A DNA stretch of 64,000 nt from NCBI GenBank assembly GCA_963815195.1, contig CAWFGE010000020.1, positions 192,001 to 256,000 of the forward strand. Reading direction: 5' to 3'. Shown here piece after piece: positions 43,625-54,135 of the stretch. The translations under genes and the position numbers were made by a program. Source of the stretch: an uncultured Planctomycetaceae bacterium (GTDB taxonomy: Bacteria > Planctomycetota > Planctomycetia > Planctomycetales > Planctomycetaceae). The notes under the pieces are model-generated. The model worked only from the letters and a program-made list of their open reading frames with translations, was not told the origin of the DNA and did no database searches. The stretch's first letter is position 1, and each line of letters begins with the position of its first letter.

Positions 43625-44273
43625 GCGAAAGGCTTATTCATGCTCGGCGTCATTTTTCGGTTTCACACTACCTTCGAATCACTTGTGAAATTCTCGCTCA
43701 ACTGCCGGCGTCACAGATTGAAGGACTGGCAGATGCCATTTATGCCGCCTGGAGCAAGGAACGCACCGTATTCTTATGCGGCAATGGAGGAAGTGCCGCC
43801 AACGCTTCGCATGTCGGAGAGGATTTGGCGAAGAGCACCCTAGATCAAAACGATCTTGCTAGTGATCGCGCGTAAACGGCTCAAAGTGTTGAGCTTGGCG
43901 GATCAAACGTCCGCCATCCTCGCCTGGGCAAACGACCAAGGCTTCGAGCACGTTTTCGTTCGAGCAACTGAAAGGATTCGCCCGAAAGGGAGATCTCTTG
44001 ATCGGGTTCAGCGGCAGCGGGCGAAGTCCCAACGTCATCAAGGCCGTCGAATGGGCCAACTCGGCGGGACTCGTGACGTGGGCACTCACGGGGCACGATG
44101 GAGGAGCCCTCCGCACATCGGCCCAGCACCTTCTCCGCATTCCTCTAAATGACATGGGCGTCATCGAGTCGATTCATCTGTTGCTGATGCATTGGATCGT
44201 TGACGACGTCTATGCCCGCATCCATCAGCAAGGGCGTTATGCCAGCCCGGAGACAACGGTGCTCTCAGACTAG
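43625..44273 (+). CDS. gmhA: Phosphoheptose isomerase, SIS domain (frameshifted)
   Basis: CGNGGSAANASH, AWANDQG, SGSGRSPNV, ESIH across three frames; start uncertain. Confidence 0.85.
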
Positions 44274-44364
44274 CGTCCGATTGGAATAAAGCAATGTTTT
44301 TTCGTGTTGTCGTTCCGACGGGAATGACTGATCCCCTGAGGCGATTTGCGGACTGAGATTTTAT

Positions 44365-47300
44365 ATGCGCCGGCTCATACTACGATCGTTTCAAAGTCCG
44401 GGCGACATTGTGATGCTCACTGCGGCGGTGCGCGATCTGCATCGAGCCTATCCCGGCCGGTTTGAAACCGATGTTCGCACCTCCGCACAGGATCTTTGGG
44501 AAGGGAATCCGCTTATCACCTCTCTGCGGGAAGTGGACCGCGGGGTGGAATGCTTCGACATGCAATATCCGCTGATCCACCAAAGCAATCAACGTCCTCA
44601 TCACTTTCTGCACGGTTTTATTCAATACCTAGAACGGCGGCTAAGTCTCACAATCCCCGTGACGGATTTTCGCGGGGACATATATCTCACCGACGCGGAA
44701 AAACGATGGGGCGATTTGCAAGAACAATTCAATCTTCCCGAGCGCTATTGGATTGTTGTGGCCGGGGGAAAATACGATTTCACGGCCAAATGGTGGAACC
44801 CGGCCTCTTATCAAAGAGTCGTTGACCATTTTCGATGTGCTCTCAATTTCGTGCAGTGCGGAGAAGCGGGACATTGGCATCCCCCGCTAGACGGCGTGCA
44901 AAATCTCGTCGGTCAAACCCGCCTGCGGGATTTACTGCGGCTGGTGTATTTCGCAGAGGGCGTTTTGTGCCCGGTCACGTTGGCCATGCATCTCGCCGCC
45001 GCCGTGGAGCGTCCCCCAAACTGGCCTGCCCTCCGTCCCTGTGTTGTGGTGGCCGGCGGGCGAGAACCGGCTCACTGGGAAGCCTATCCTGGCCATCAAT
45101 TTCTTCACACAGTCGGGACGTTGGACTGCTGCGCCACGGGAGCCTGTTGGCGTTCGCGTTGTCAAACGGTGGGGGACGGCGATGCCAAAGATCGGTGCAA
45201 CACCTGCGAAAAGCCAGTTCGGGTTTCCGAAGACCTCTCGATTCCCCAGTGCATGGAAATGATTTCCTCAACAGACGTGATTGCAGCCATTGAGCGATAC
45301 CAGATCGAGTCACCAACCTCCGCGCCATCTCGGAACCGTGGCATTGCTGTGACGCCTCGAATCCCGATTCCGCCAATGCCATCGCTCTGCAATGCCAATC
45401 ATGCGGAACAGGCTCGCTTCCTCATTGATTGCCGTCAGGCTGAACTGGACCGGCGTGCTCTCGAAGTCGTGTTGCGCCATTTGCACCACTATTACCCCAG
45501 TCACGACGTTGACGTTCTGGTCAACCAAAACGATTCATCAGCAGTGGACTGCCAGGGAGGGCGATTGCTTGTCGCGGGTTCGGACGCGGTGACACATCAA
45601 GGATACCGTCAGGTTTTCCAAATGGATTGGCGTCCCTGTGAATACGAGCCTCCTCAATTTCTGAATACACCCGCGACACGCTGTTTGCTGGAAGATTTTC
45701 ATCTCACACCGATCCCGGATTTGTTGCTTACCTCTTCTGTGCCTTTTAAGGACGCTCCGCCCATGCCATACACGACAATTCAGCCAAGCGACAACAATCC
45801 TTCGGCTGTGGTTACAAAGAAAGCTGGGAGAAACCGCAAAACGACGCCGCTTAGCGTGCGGTTTTATCATGGACTCGGAGATTGTGCATTTTTTTCGCAC
45901 TTGATTCCGCTCTATCTCCGCCGTGGTTACGAAATCCAAGTCGAATGCACGGCCGACAAACGGCTATTATTTGAAGCCGCCGGGGCCAAGGTGATCGGAA
46001 CAGGAGGTCGAGACGACCATCCGTGGGCCTATCCAGGGGAAGACCTGCGTCCCGTGCATGGCCGGTTCTGGCAGGGGAGCAAGCCCGCCCACAATCTCTC
46101 GCAATCTCCGCTTCCATCCATCGGCAGCCAGGGGGAATTGTGGAAAGAGTATTGTGAAGAACGGATCGATATTCGGACCCATCTTGCCGCGAAAGCTTTG
46201 AAAACCGCAGAGCGCTGGCTGTCCGGGCTTCCTCGCCCGGTAGTGCTGCTTCATACGAAAGCCAACACGTCCCAAGCCAGAAAAAGTCTTCCTGACCGGA
46301 CCACGCTGGATTTCTACCGGGCGCTTTTGGACCGAATGGAGGGATCAATCATCCTCTTGGATTGGGACAACCGCGTTCCCCGGGTCAATTCCTGGCGAGT
46401 CCGCCATCTTGACGATCTGGGCGATTGCCCCACCGAAGTTCTGATGGCCCTGATGACACAAGCCGACCTTCTCATTGGCGTCGATAGCGGCCCCTTGCAC
46501 GTGGCACGATTTACCGGGATTCCGACCGTCGGCGTGTGGATGCCCGGGCACTACCCGGCCCGCTACAGCCTTCCCCGCCATGAACAACTCAATGTTGTTT
46601 TGGCAGAACCGACGGCCCAATGGAATCGCTTTAAGCGCATTCCTTGGAACATTGTCGAGCATTCCGGAAATACCTTTGAAGCCAGTCAATTGGCGACTAT
46701 CTGCGCCCGCATGCTCGGAACTGCTTATTACCTCGATTGGAACGACATCGCAGCCGACATTCAACTGCAGCAGTTTGTCGGGCAGTATTGCCGAGGCCGG
46801 ACCGGCCAAGGCCTTTCGGATGATGTTGACCGGCATCGCAGCTTTGATCGGCTGCTCAAGGAAACCACGCGACGCTTTCCCGATCCGACCATTGTGGAAA
46901 CAGGGACAATTCGGGCTGCCGAGGATTGGAACGGGGCTGGTTTTTTCACCTACTTGGCGGGGACCTATCTCTTCCGCCGGGGGGCGGGGCGACTGCACTC
47001 GGTGGACACCAATCCGCAATCCTGTCGGTTCGCAAGAGAGGAAACGGCGGTGTTCGGATCAGTCGTGCAAACCCACCAAAGCGATTCTGTCCGGTTCTTA
47101 AAACAATTCACCGAGCCAATCGACGTGCTGGTTTTGGATTCCTTGGATACCACGGAAGCAGGTCATGCCGAACATGCCCTCCGCGAGATTCAAGCCGCGG
47201 CGAACCGGCTCCACGAACAAAGCCTGGTTGTATTCGACGACACCCCCTGGAGTCGTGGCCGCTGGGTCGGCAAAGGAGCCCTGGCCGTGCCCTGGCTGTT

Positions 47301-47376
47301 GGAACGGGGCTGGAAGCTTCTCTACGCCGGGTATCAGGTGATCCTGGAAATGAACCCCGCGAGCACCGGTTCCTGA
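44365..47376 (+). CDS. Multidomain protein: GT9 heptosyltransferase + GT9 + class I SAM methyltransferase
   Basis: SPGDIVM, NLVGQT.LRDL, MHLAAA; HGLGD, IGVDSGPLHVA; IVETGT, LHSVD, IDVLVLDS. Confidence 0.85.
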   Translation: MRRLILRSFQSPGDIVMLTAAVRDLHRAYPGRFETDVRTSAQDLWEGNPLITSLREVDRGVECFDMQYPLIHQSNQRPHHFLHGFIQYLERRLSLTIPVTDFRGDIYLTDAEKRWGDLQEQFNLPERYWIVVAGGKYDFTAKWWNPASYQRVVDHFRCALNFVQCGEAGHWHPPLDGVQNLVGQTRLRDLLRLVYFAEGVLCPVTLAMHLAAAVERPPNWPALRPCVVVAGGREPAHWEAYPGHQFLHTVGTLDCCATGACWRSRCQTVGDGDAKDRCNTCEKPVRVSEDLSIPQCMEMISSTDVIAAIERYQIESPTSAPSRNRGIAVTPRIPIPPMPSLCNANHAEQARFLIDCRQAELDRRALEVVLRHLHHYYPSHDVDVLVNQNDSSAVDCQGGRLLVAGSDAVTHQGYRQVFQMDWRPCEYEPPQFLNTPATRCLLEDFHLTPIPDLLLTSSVPFKDAPPMPYTTIQPSDNNPSAVVTKKAGRNRKTTPLSVRFYHGLGDCAFFSHLIPLYLRRGYEIQVECTADKRLLFEAAGAKVIGTGGRDDHPWAYPGEDLRPVHGRFWQGSKPAHNLSQSPLPSIGSQGELWKEYCEERIDIRTHLAAKALKTAERWLSGLPRPVVLLHTKANTSQARKSLPDRTTLDFYRALLDRMEGSIILLDWDNRVPRVNSWRVRHLDDLGDCPTEVLMALMTQADLLIGVDSGPLHVARFTGIPTVGVWMPGHYPARYSLPRHEQLNVVLAEPTAQWNRFKRIPWNIVEHSGNTFEASQLATICARMLGTAYYLDWNDIAADIQLQQFVGQYCRGRTGQGLSDDVDRHRSFDRLLKETTRRFPDPTIVETGTIRAAEDWNGAGFFTYLAGTYLFRRGAGRLHSVDTNPQSCRFAREETAVFGSVVQTHQSDSVRFLKQFTEPIDVLVLDSLDTTEAGHAEHALREIQAAANRLHEQSLVVFDDTPWSRGRWVGKGALAVPWLLERGWKLLYAGYQVILEMNPASTGS

Positions 47377-47443
47377 TTGCCCGCGTCTCCAACACGTAAC
47401 GTTTTTTTACCGTTTCCGTCCTTTTTGCGCTGAGAGTCCGCGC

Positions 47444-48217
47444 ATGGATACGTCATCACCGATTTTTGTCACGGGGATGCCCCGCTCCGGCACGACCTTG
47501 ATGCAGCATTTGCTGTCGCATCACCCCCGCATCGTGATTCACGGCCAAGAGCCCAAGTCGGTCGCTTGGGGAGAATGGTTGAGAATACTGAACCAGGGGA
47601 TCCTGTTCGCGAAAGAATCCAATGCCCGCCTCACCTATGAATGCCCGCACTACGCAGCGGAAGCGGCACGACCTCAGCACACATCGAACCAGTTTCTGTC
47701 CTTAATGCGCGACTATTTGACCGGAGGATTGGCATCTCCCCGTTGGGGTCTGAAATCTCTCACCCAATGCCGAATTTCCGCTGCACTCCTTCTCAAAGCC
47801 TGGCCGGAAACGCGTTGGATTGTGTGTGTCAGGCATCCCATTCGTTCGTTTGAATCGCTGCGAAACACATTTGATCGAAGCGCGGCGTTTACTCTCCAAG
47901 AACTTGCATACGGTTGGTGCAAGGCGGTGTTGTTTGGAATGTTTCACCCACAAGCCACGCTGTTGCAGTGCGACCAATTGCTGACTGCCCGGGAACGGCA
48001 CCACCGTATGGCTGAACTCTTTCGATTCCTCAATGAAAGTTATCCGCCCGAGGTGCGGCAGTTCGTGGATCAATGGCCCATCATCCACAAAGTCGTCGCT
48101 GACGAAGATCGGCAATTTCGGTTCGGTGACGGGGAACTCGAAGGCCTAGGAACCGATTGCCCTTTGCTCTCCAACCTGGCGGAGAAACTCAACTATCGCT
48201 TGGAGATGATTTCATGA
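47444..48217 (+). CDS. Sulfotransferase
   Basis: 5'-PSB motif FVTGMPRSGTT and 3'-PB motif VRHP....S. Confidence 0.85.
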   Translation: MDTSSPIFVTGMPRSGTTLMQHLLSHHPRIVIHGQEPKSVAWGEWLRILNQGILFAKESNARLTYECPHYAAEAARPQHTSNQFLSLMRDYLTGGLASPRWGLKSLTQCRISAALLLKAWPETRWIVCVRHPIRSFESLRNTFDRSAAFTLQELAYGWCKAVLFGMFHPQATLLQCDQLLTARERHHRMAELFRFLNESYPPEVRQFVDQWPIIHKVVADEDRQFRFGDGELEGLGTDCPLLSNLAEKLNYRLEMIS

Positions 48218-49722
48218 TCACCTCATCGATTTGGGACCAAATCGGCCATCCGACGCTGTTGGTCTTGGGAGATTTGATCCTGGACCGGTACGTCACCGGC
48301 TCATGCAACCGAATCAGTCAAGAAGCTGCCGTTCCGGTACTTCACACCGTGGAGCAGGAGGTTCGGCTGGGAGGAGCGGTTGCCGTGGCTAATCTCGCTC
48401 GGGGACTTGGCGCCAATGTTCTTCTCGCGGGGATTGTCGGGGAGGATGCCGAAGCGAACCAGATTCGCAAAATCTGGGGGGCGTTCGATCTCCAACCATC
48501 TCTACTGCTCGTCGATCCGACTCGTCCCACAACGGTCAAGCAGCGATTCTTGACGCGAACACCCGATGGCACATTTCAACATCATTTGCGAGTTGATACG
48601 GAGCAAACTCATCAAATCTCGCCCTCTTTGGAAAAGGAATTCCTCGGCCAAGTCAAATCTCAACTCGACCGAATCGGTGCCATCCTGCTGTCCGACTATG
48701 ACAAAGGCGTTCTGACGCCCCATTTGGTCCAGGGAATCATCGAGGCGGCTCAGAATCGAGAGGTTCCAGTCCTGATCGATCCCGCCAGGATGAACTCGTT
48801 TTCCAAGTACCGGGGAGCGACTCTGATCACGCCCAACCGCGTCGAAACCGAGCGAGCAGTCGGCTTTTCGTTATGCGACAGACGGAACATCCTCTCCGCG
48901 GGGCATCTCTTAAGAAAACAGTACCAGCTTGAATCCGTGTTGATCACGCTCGACCGCGATGGATTGGCTCTCGTCACCTCTGATGTGGAAAAAACCATCG
49001 TTCCCACGCGGCCTCGGAAAGTCTGCGACGTGGCCGGGGCGGGGGATATGGTTCTCGCCGTGGCCGGGCTGGGCCTGGCCGCTAAACTGTCGTGGCCGGA
49101 GATTCTGGAGCTAGCAAACACGGCGGCGGGCCTGGAAGTCGAACGCCAAGGCGTAACGCCGATCACCCGCGAAGAGATTTCGATAGCACAGCCATTGCCA
49201 CATTCTGACACTTCCAAACTGGCGTCCCTGGAGCAACTTGAAAAGCTGGTCTGCGAACGCCGCCGGGACGGCCGAACCATCGTACTGACGAACGGCTGCT
49301 TCGATCTCTTTCACATCGGTCATCTTAGAACACTGGAAGAGGCTGCCGCTCAGGGAGACATCCTGATCGTCGCCATCAACAGCAATGAGTCTGTGAAAAA
49401 GCTCAAAGGCCCGATGCGCCCCGTGATCGAAGAGAACCAGCGGGCACAAATCATCGCGGCCCTGGAATGTGTCGATCACGTCCTGGTTTTTGACGAGGAC
49501 ACGCCTCATCGATTACTAGAAGCCATCCGGCCGGATGTGTTGGTGAAGGGCGGTTCGACAAAGGACGTCGTCGGACGTGAGATCGTGGACGCGTATAGGG
49601 GGCGGATGCACATTACATCAGAAGTGCCCAATCTTTGTACGTCACAGTTAATCGCCTTAATTCGCGGTAGCGAATGCGATTCCTCTGCACGAAGCCTCAT
49701 CGCATGCGAGCAACAACTTTAA
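48214..49722 (+). CDS. hldE: Bifunctional heptose-7-phosphate kinase / heptose-1-phosphate adenylyltransferase
   Basis: GDLILD, SDYDKG, TPNR.E, DVAGAGD; TNGCFDLFHIGH. Confidence 0.93.
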   Translation: MITSSIWDQIGHPTLLVLGDLILDRYVTGSCNRISQEAAVPVLHTVEQEVRLGGAVAVANLARGLGANVLLAGIVGEDAEANQIRKIWGAFDLQPSLLLVDPTRPTTVKQRFLTRTPDGTFQHHLRVDTEQTHQISPSLEKEFLGQVKSQLDRIGAILLSDYDKGVLTPHLVQGIIEAAQNREVPVLIDPARMNSFSKYRGATLITPNRVETERAVGFSLCDRRNILSAGHLLRKQYQLESVLITLDRDGLALVTSDVEKTIVPTRPRKVCDVAGAGDMVLAVAGLGLAAKLSWPEILELANTAAGLEVERQGVTPITREEISIAQPLPHSDTSKLASLEQLEKLVCERRRDGRTIVLTNGCFDLFHIGHLRTLEEAAAQGDILIVAINSNESVKKLKGPMRPVIEENQRAQIIAALECVDHVLVFDEDTPHRLLEAIRPDVLVKGGSTKDVVGREIVDAYRGRMHITSEVPNLCTSQLIALIRGSECDSSARSLIACEQQL

Positions 49723-49731
49723 GAGAAAACC

Positions 49732-50076
49732 ATGCGCTATACGAATTGCGAATGTGAAGCCCCAGGATGGTGTCCACGGCACCAGTGTCATAAATCCCAG
49801 TTTTTCTTCGACATGTGTCGCTTTAATCAAAACATGTTTGAGCTTTTTGAAACAAATATATTACAGGAGCACGTTTCCACGCCGATCCGTCAAGCCGATA
49901 TTTGTCGACATCGTTGCGATTACCTACGAGATGTCGAATGCCCCACCTGCTTGGGACATGTACTTTTGAAAGTCTTCGAGTGTGCGATCCATAGTGAATG
50001 CACGATTTCAAAACAGATCGATGGAATCGCGCAATGTACGACTTGTACTGACTTTGAAATCGAGACGCCAAACTAG
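49732..50076 (+). CDS. Small Cys-rich protein (13 Cys in 114 aa)
   Basis: CEC...WCPRHQC, CPTC, CAIHSEC, CTTC; tightly spaced within the operon. Confidence 0.7.
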   Translation: MRYTNCECEAPGWCPRHQCHKSQFFFDMCRFNQNMFELFETNILQEHVSTPIRQADICRHRCDYLRDVECPTCLGHVLLKVFECAIHSECTISKQIDGIAQCTTCTDFEIETPN

Positions 50077-50099
50077 GCCCTTTTTTTAGGAGAAACCCA

Positions 50100-51086
50100 A
50101 TGCCGACTCTCGACTGGTGCCCTTATTCACCTTTCAGCCTTCCTTCTAAACTAAATGTCTATTGCTACGTTCAATTGGATGATTTGCTGTGTATCGGTCA
50201 CACCTACTTCTCAATTGACTGGGACGGGGAAAAATATACACTTCCAGAGGGTCCATACGGTCCCATCCCATACGGTCCGCTCGATGCTTCCGTTAAAAAA
50301 ACAGGCGTCGATAGCTCAGGAATCGCCGAACTCTTGTTCTCGGCGTCCATTAGTAAAGAAGGCCAATGTAATTCCAGCTTTTCCTTGGTTTCGGGGCCGA
50401 GTTGCTTTACACCTCCAGCTATTCTCGAACAACTTGGCGGAGAAGTCGATCCGGGTTGTTGCGGCACCGTCTTTCCCAATGTACCCTTTACCGAAATCCG
50501 TTTCTATAGCGATGGGTGCGCCCTTTCCAAATGGCAATCCTCCAGAACTTCCAGAACCATGTTCCAACGTGCCCCCGGGGCAATGTTGTGACAAACATGG
50601 AGGTGGAAAAGGGGGAGGAAACCACTGTGGTCAGCAAATGTGTGAATTCAGCGGTAACCCGGTTCGTTACGCGAGCGGAGAATTGCTCTATTCCGAAACG
50701 GATCTGATCTCAAGTGGTTACGGAGTTCCTTGGGGACATACGCGCCGTTTTTTGAATCGTCTCTCGGTTCCGGAAACGCTCGGGAACGGTTACAACTGGC
50801 AGATAGAGCAGTGGCCCTACCTGATCATTGACTTCGAGGGGAACGTCACGATCATGGGGCAACATCCCGTGTTCTTCGACAAAATCGGGACCGCTTTTAC
50901 ACCTCGCTTCGCCATTACTCACGACACATTGACCTATGATTCGGCTGCGGAGACCTACACGCACACAGCCAAAGATGGCACGGTCACGGAATTCAATGCC
51001 GTCACGCGAATGTTCACGCGGCGGACCGCACCGGGCGGCTCGGTCATTGAGGTGAAAGCCGTGGCAGCCAATGGATTCAATATCAC
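50100..51086 (+). pseudogene. N-terminal part of an RHS/YD-repeat protein, truncated by IS1380
   Basis: Cys-rich leader, SGNPVRYASGE...ETDL..G.PW.HTR, LGNGYNW, KDGTVTEF; frameshift near 50515. Confidence 0.8.
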
Positions 51087-52865
51087 CCCGGATTATTCAT
51101 CAGGTCCGTGCGTGGTGAGTATTTCCGTGGCGGAAAGTGCACCGGGTGGTTGGGGAGCGGAGGATGGGCGGACCGCCCCCTTTCCCCCTGGGGCCTGGCG
51201 ATCGTTGGGTGAGTGAAGGAAAGAAACAGAAAGGCGGATGCCACGATGGCGAACTGCTCAGTCCCGAAGAACCAGTTGCTCATGGGCGTGACGTGGGAGA
51301 GGTGTGTAGGGCCGCGGGCGAGCTCCACGCGGACGTGGCCAGAGGTTGGCCAGACGCAGCGATCGGATGCGGGAAGACATCGCGGCCCAAAACGCGCGTC
51401 ACGCTTTCCTCAATGTAAATCACGAGGCGGCGGGAGTGCTTCACGACCCGCGCTCCTGTCCGCAGCACCGACTGCTGGAAACGATGCAAGTCCCAGCAAC
51501 CGCCCAACTCGTCCTCGAACTCGATCCGCAGCATCGACGCCAGGTTGAACGCCAGCAGGCCCAACAGCAACGTCACTTCGTTCTCCGCAAACACCGATGA
51601 CGAAAGACGGCAGCCAATCACCGCGTTGAATTCGCCCAGCCGGTCCTCGAACGTGCCGCGCTTGCGGTAGTGCGACAACACCTCATCCGCCGAGCGTTGC
51701 TCCTCGGTCCAGTTTGTGATCAGGAAGAAGTAACGCGGAAACAGAGCCAGTTGGCCCGTCTTCACATCCGGCTTATCGACGATCACCAGAATCACCCGCT
51801 GCGGATGACGCCAGCCCTCGGCTTGGTACTTTCCGAGTTCGATCACGTCCTCATATCCGCCTTTGGGCGGCCGGCCTACGGGACGTGTCAGATAGGGCGC
51901 GGCCATCTCTTCCAGCACGTTGTTCTTCTTGATTCTCCCGCAAAAACGGATGTTTTCGTCGGTCAACTCATCCAACACCGGGCCGGCGATGAAACCCGCA
52001 TCGATCCGGAGGTCGAAGCTCCACGCCAGTTGCCGGGCCTTGCCGACCACGTTGCGAATAAACCGCCGGATGCCATTGGCCGTATGCACGCTGCCTTGCC
52101 GCAGGATGGCATGAATGAAGCCGTTGCCCAGCCGCTGGCCTTCCCGCGCGCCATCGTAGTCGCCGCCGACCGAGAAACTCGCGACCAGCGGATGATAGAC
52201 CGTCTCTTTATAGTAACCGTTATAGCGGGCCCCCGGCTGCTGGCCATAAACCTGCATCGGGAAACTGTCGATGTCGATGGTGGCGTAGCGGACGCGGCGG
52301 TCGCTGTCGCCGGTGCTTTTGATGTGCCGATGGATCCAGTCGAACAAGGCGCTCCGCACGGCCTCGAGATTCGTCTTGCAGTCGGCCAGCCAATCGATGA
52401 GCCGGGACTGAGTGGGTTGGCTGGCCAGGCGTTGGTTGAGCACTTCTTCGCCGGGCCGGTCCCAGGCGGCCATCTTCATGGCGGGATCATGGGCGAGCCG
52501 GTCGAGATCATCCTGATCGGACTCTCCCAGGGCCATGGCGTAGATTCTTTCCCGCAGCAGTTCGACGCCTTGATAGCGGACGCGGTCTTGCTGGCGAGGA
52601 TCGATCAGTCGATCGGCAAGCGATTCGGTGAGTCCGAGCCGATGATCGAAGTCCCGCAGCAGAACGGCACCGGAGTGTGACGTGAGCCGCCCATCGACGG
52701 CCTTGACCTTGATGGAACGATTGAAATCGGGCTCGAAAATGTTAGGCTGAACTTCACCCATCGCGTGATTCCTCCGTATGGTGTTGGGATTGCATATAAC
52801 ACTTAAACGCAGGGGGTCACGCGATGGTTCCTTCTTTTTTCATCTTTTTTGGTGAATAATCCGGG
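51087..52865 (-). mobile_element. IS1380-family insertion sequence
   Basis: Terminal inverted repeats CCCGGATTATTCA at 51087 and 52853-52865. Confidence 0.9.
51280..52761 (-). CDS. IS1380-family DDE transposase
   Basis: TS.SG..LL, LASQPT.SRL, IDIDS, YNGYY, R.DAGF, Y..RG..E. Confidence 0.92.
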   Translation of the reverse strand: MGEVQPNIFEPDFNRSIKVKAVDGRLTSHSGAVLLRDFDHRLGLTESLADRLIDPRQQDRVRYQGVELLRERIYAMALGESDQDDLDRLAHDPAMKMAAWDRPGEEVLNQRLASQPTQSRLIDWLADCKTNLEAVRSALFDWIHRHIKSTGDSDRRVRYATIDIDSFPMQVYGQQPGARYNGYYKETVYHPLVASFSVGGDYDGAREGQRLGNGFIHAILRQGSVHTANGIRRFIRNVVGKARQLAWSFDLRIDAGFIAGPVLDELTDENIRFCGRIKKNNVLEEMAAPYLTRPVGRPPKGGYEDVIELGKYQAEGWRHPQRVILVIVDKPDVKTGQLALFPRYFFLITNWTEEQRSADEVLSHYRKRGTFEDRLGEFNAVIGCRLSSSVFAENEVTLLLGLLAFNLASMLRIEFEDELGGCWDLHRFQQSVLRTGARVVKHSRRLVIYIEESVTRVLGRDVFPHPIAASGQPLATSAWSSPAALHTSPTSRP

Positions 52866-53411
52866 TTCATTGAGCAGGTCATTGAGAAAGTGAAGCGACT
52901 CGACTTGAAGGATCCCGTTAAACAAAATAGTGAAATCACCAAAACCATCATGGACATTACGGTAAAAAGCCTGCAATTTATCGGGTAACAAATCGAATTT
53001 CCTACGCCCTGTGCGAGTCAACTGAGTGAGTCTTACCGGCGAATTGCCTAACGAAAAAACGAATTTGGTTTCGCCACCGATTTCATAGGCATAAAGATAT
53101 ATCAGTGAAGGGCGTTCTTCGGAACATTCCAAGACTCGAATTCCGAGACACATTGTTTTAAGAAAGTTGGAAATCGACGGAACGAGGTCGAGGAAATCTC
53201 CCCAGATCCGACTCCATTCCGGTTCCAACCCCTTCTCCTGAAATTCTAGGGCTTGCTTCCAAGTGCGAGGGACTTTGCGAGGATTCTTGAGGGTTGTCAC
53301 GGATGACGACAATACGCAATCTGATTCAAGTTTCCTGGCACTAACCCGTCGGGACTCTTTCAAGAGTTGTTTGTCAGTTGGGATTTTCATGAGTGCTTTT
53401 TTCCTCAACAC
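52866..53411 (-). pseudogene. Immunity-like protein (SMI1/KNR4-like), 3' end cut by the IS
   Basis: LPDKLQAFY..VHDGF motif; AT-rich; overlaps the stop of the upstream fragment. Confidence 0.5.
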
Positions 53412-53598
53412 GATTCGTCCGGATCCTTCGATTCATTCAACAAAGACCGGATCTTTTTTGAGATGGCTTTTCTCGCATTGCCTTCCTCTATAATCATTCG
53501 TTTTTTGAAGGACTTGCTAACTGGAAATTCAGGGTCAAGCCGAGTTCCTGTTCCTTGAAACCCCGTCCATGTTACAAATGATTCGTCTTGTATCGAAG
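53405..53598 (-). pseudogene. Orphan C-terminal gene fragment (toxin-tip-like)
   Basis: Open frame begins at the REP boundary without a start and ends overlapping the immunity-like gene. Confidence 0.35.
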
Positions 53599-53696
53599 TT
53601 TTTGTAGGGCAGGCTCCCGCCTGCCTTTTTCCGTTATTTGGCAATCGTCAATCAATAGAAAATAGAAGGCAGGCAGGAGCCTGCCCTACTCGACTC
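53596..53696. repeat. REP doublet, ~100 bp
   Basis: gtagggcaggctcccgcctgcc...ggcaggcaggagcctgccctac; identical to 54919-55018. Confidence 0.9.
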
Positions 53697-53839
53697 AAAT
53701 CCTCGGCTTTGAGTGCTTGTTGGAATATGGGTGATAGTTGTTCGGTTGTGTTCGCACGAGTTATAACTTGTTGTTGCATTGACTTTAACCCTCAGGTGAT
53801 CGAATAGATCGGATAAATACGCGACGATGTTGTCACGAT

Positions 53840-53939
53840 CATTAATCAACAACGGCATTTGGCAATAGCAGGAAAACGTCAACTCGTGACAATCCGCTGG
53901 CTCATGGTAGTGCTTAACAGCCTTTCGATGTCCCACCAT
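53840..53939 (-). pseudogene. 5' remnant of a REP-associated (HUH/Y1) transposase
   Basis: RK..KHYHEPADCHELTFSCY...PLL. Confidence 0.6.
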
Positions 53940-53954
53940 CCTCGATTCAGCCTC

Positions 53955-54053
53955 TTAGATTGCGCAATTTGCCTCCCATAGCCTCCGGCCACCAAACACT
54001 GGCGTGAAAAAGGACGTCCCATCAGCCACATAGTATCGATGATAATTCGGCAT
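53955..54053 (-). pseudogene. 5' remnant of a RAYT
   Basis: MPNYHRYYVADGTSFFT resembles the RAYT N-terminus at 55369; GTAGGGCTGTGC half-REP upstream. Confidence 0.55.
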
Positions 54054-54135
54054 ACTTGAGGTGTCCCCTAAATCGATGGTCTGCACAGCCCTACTTGGCT
54101 CCTAGAAAACAAGGGTAACTGCATTGAGTGCGTTC

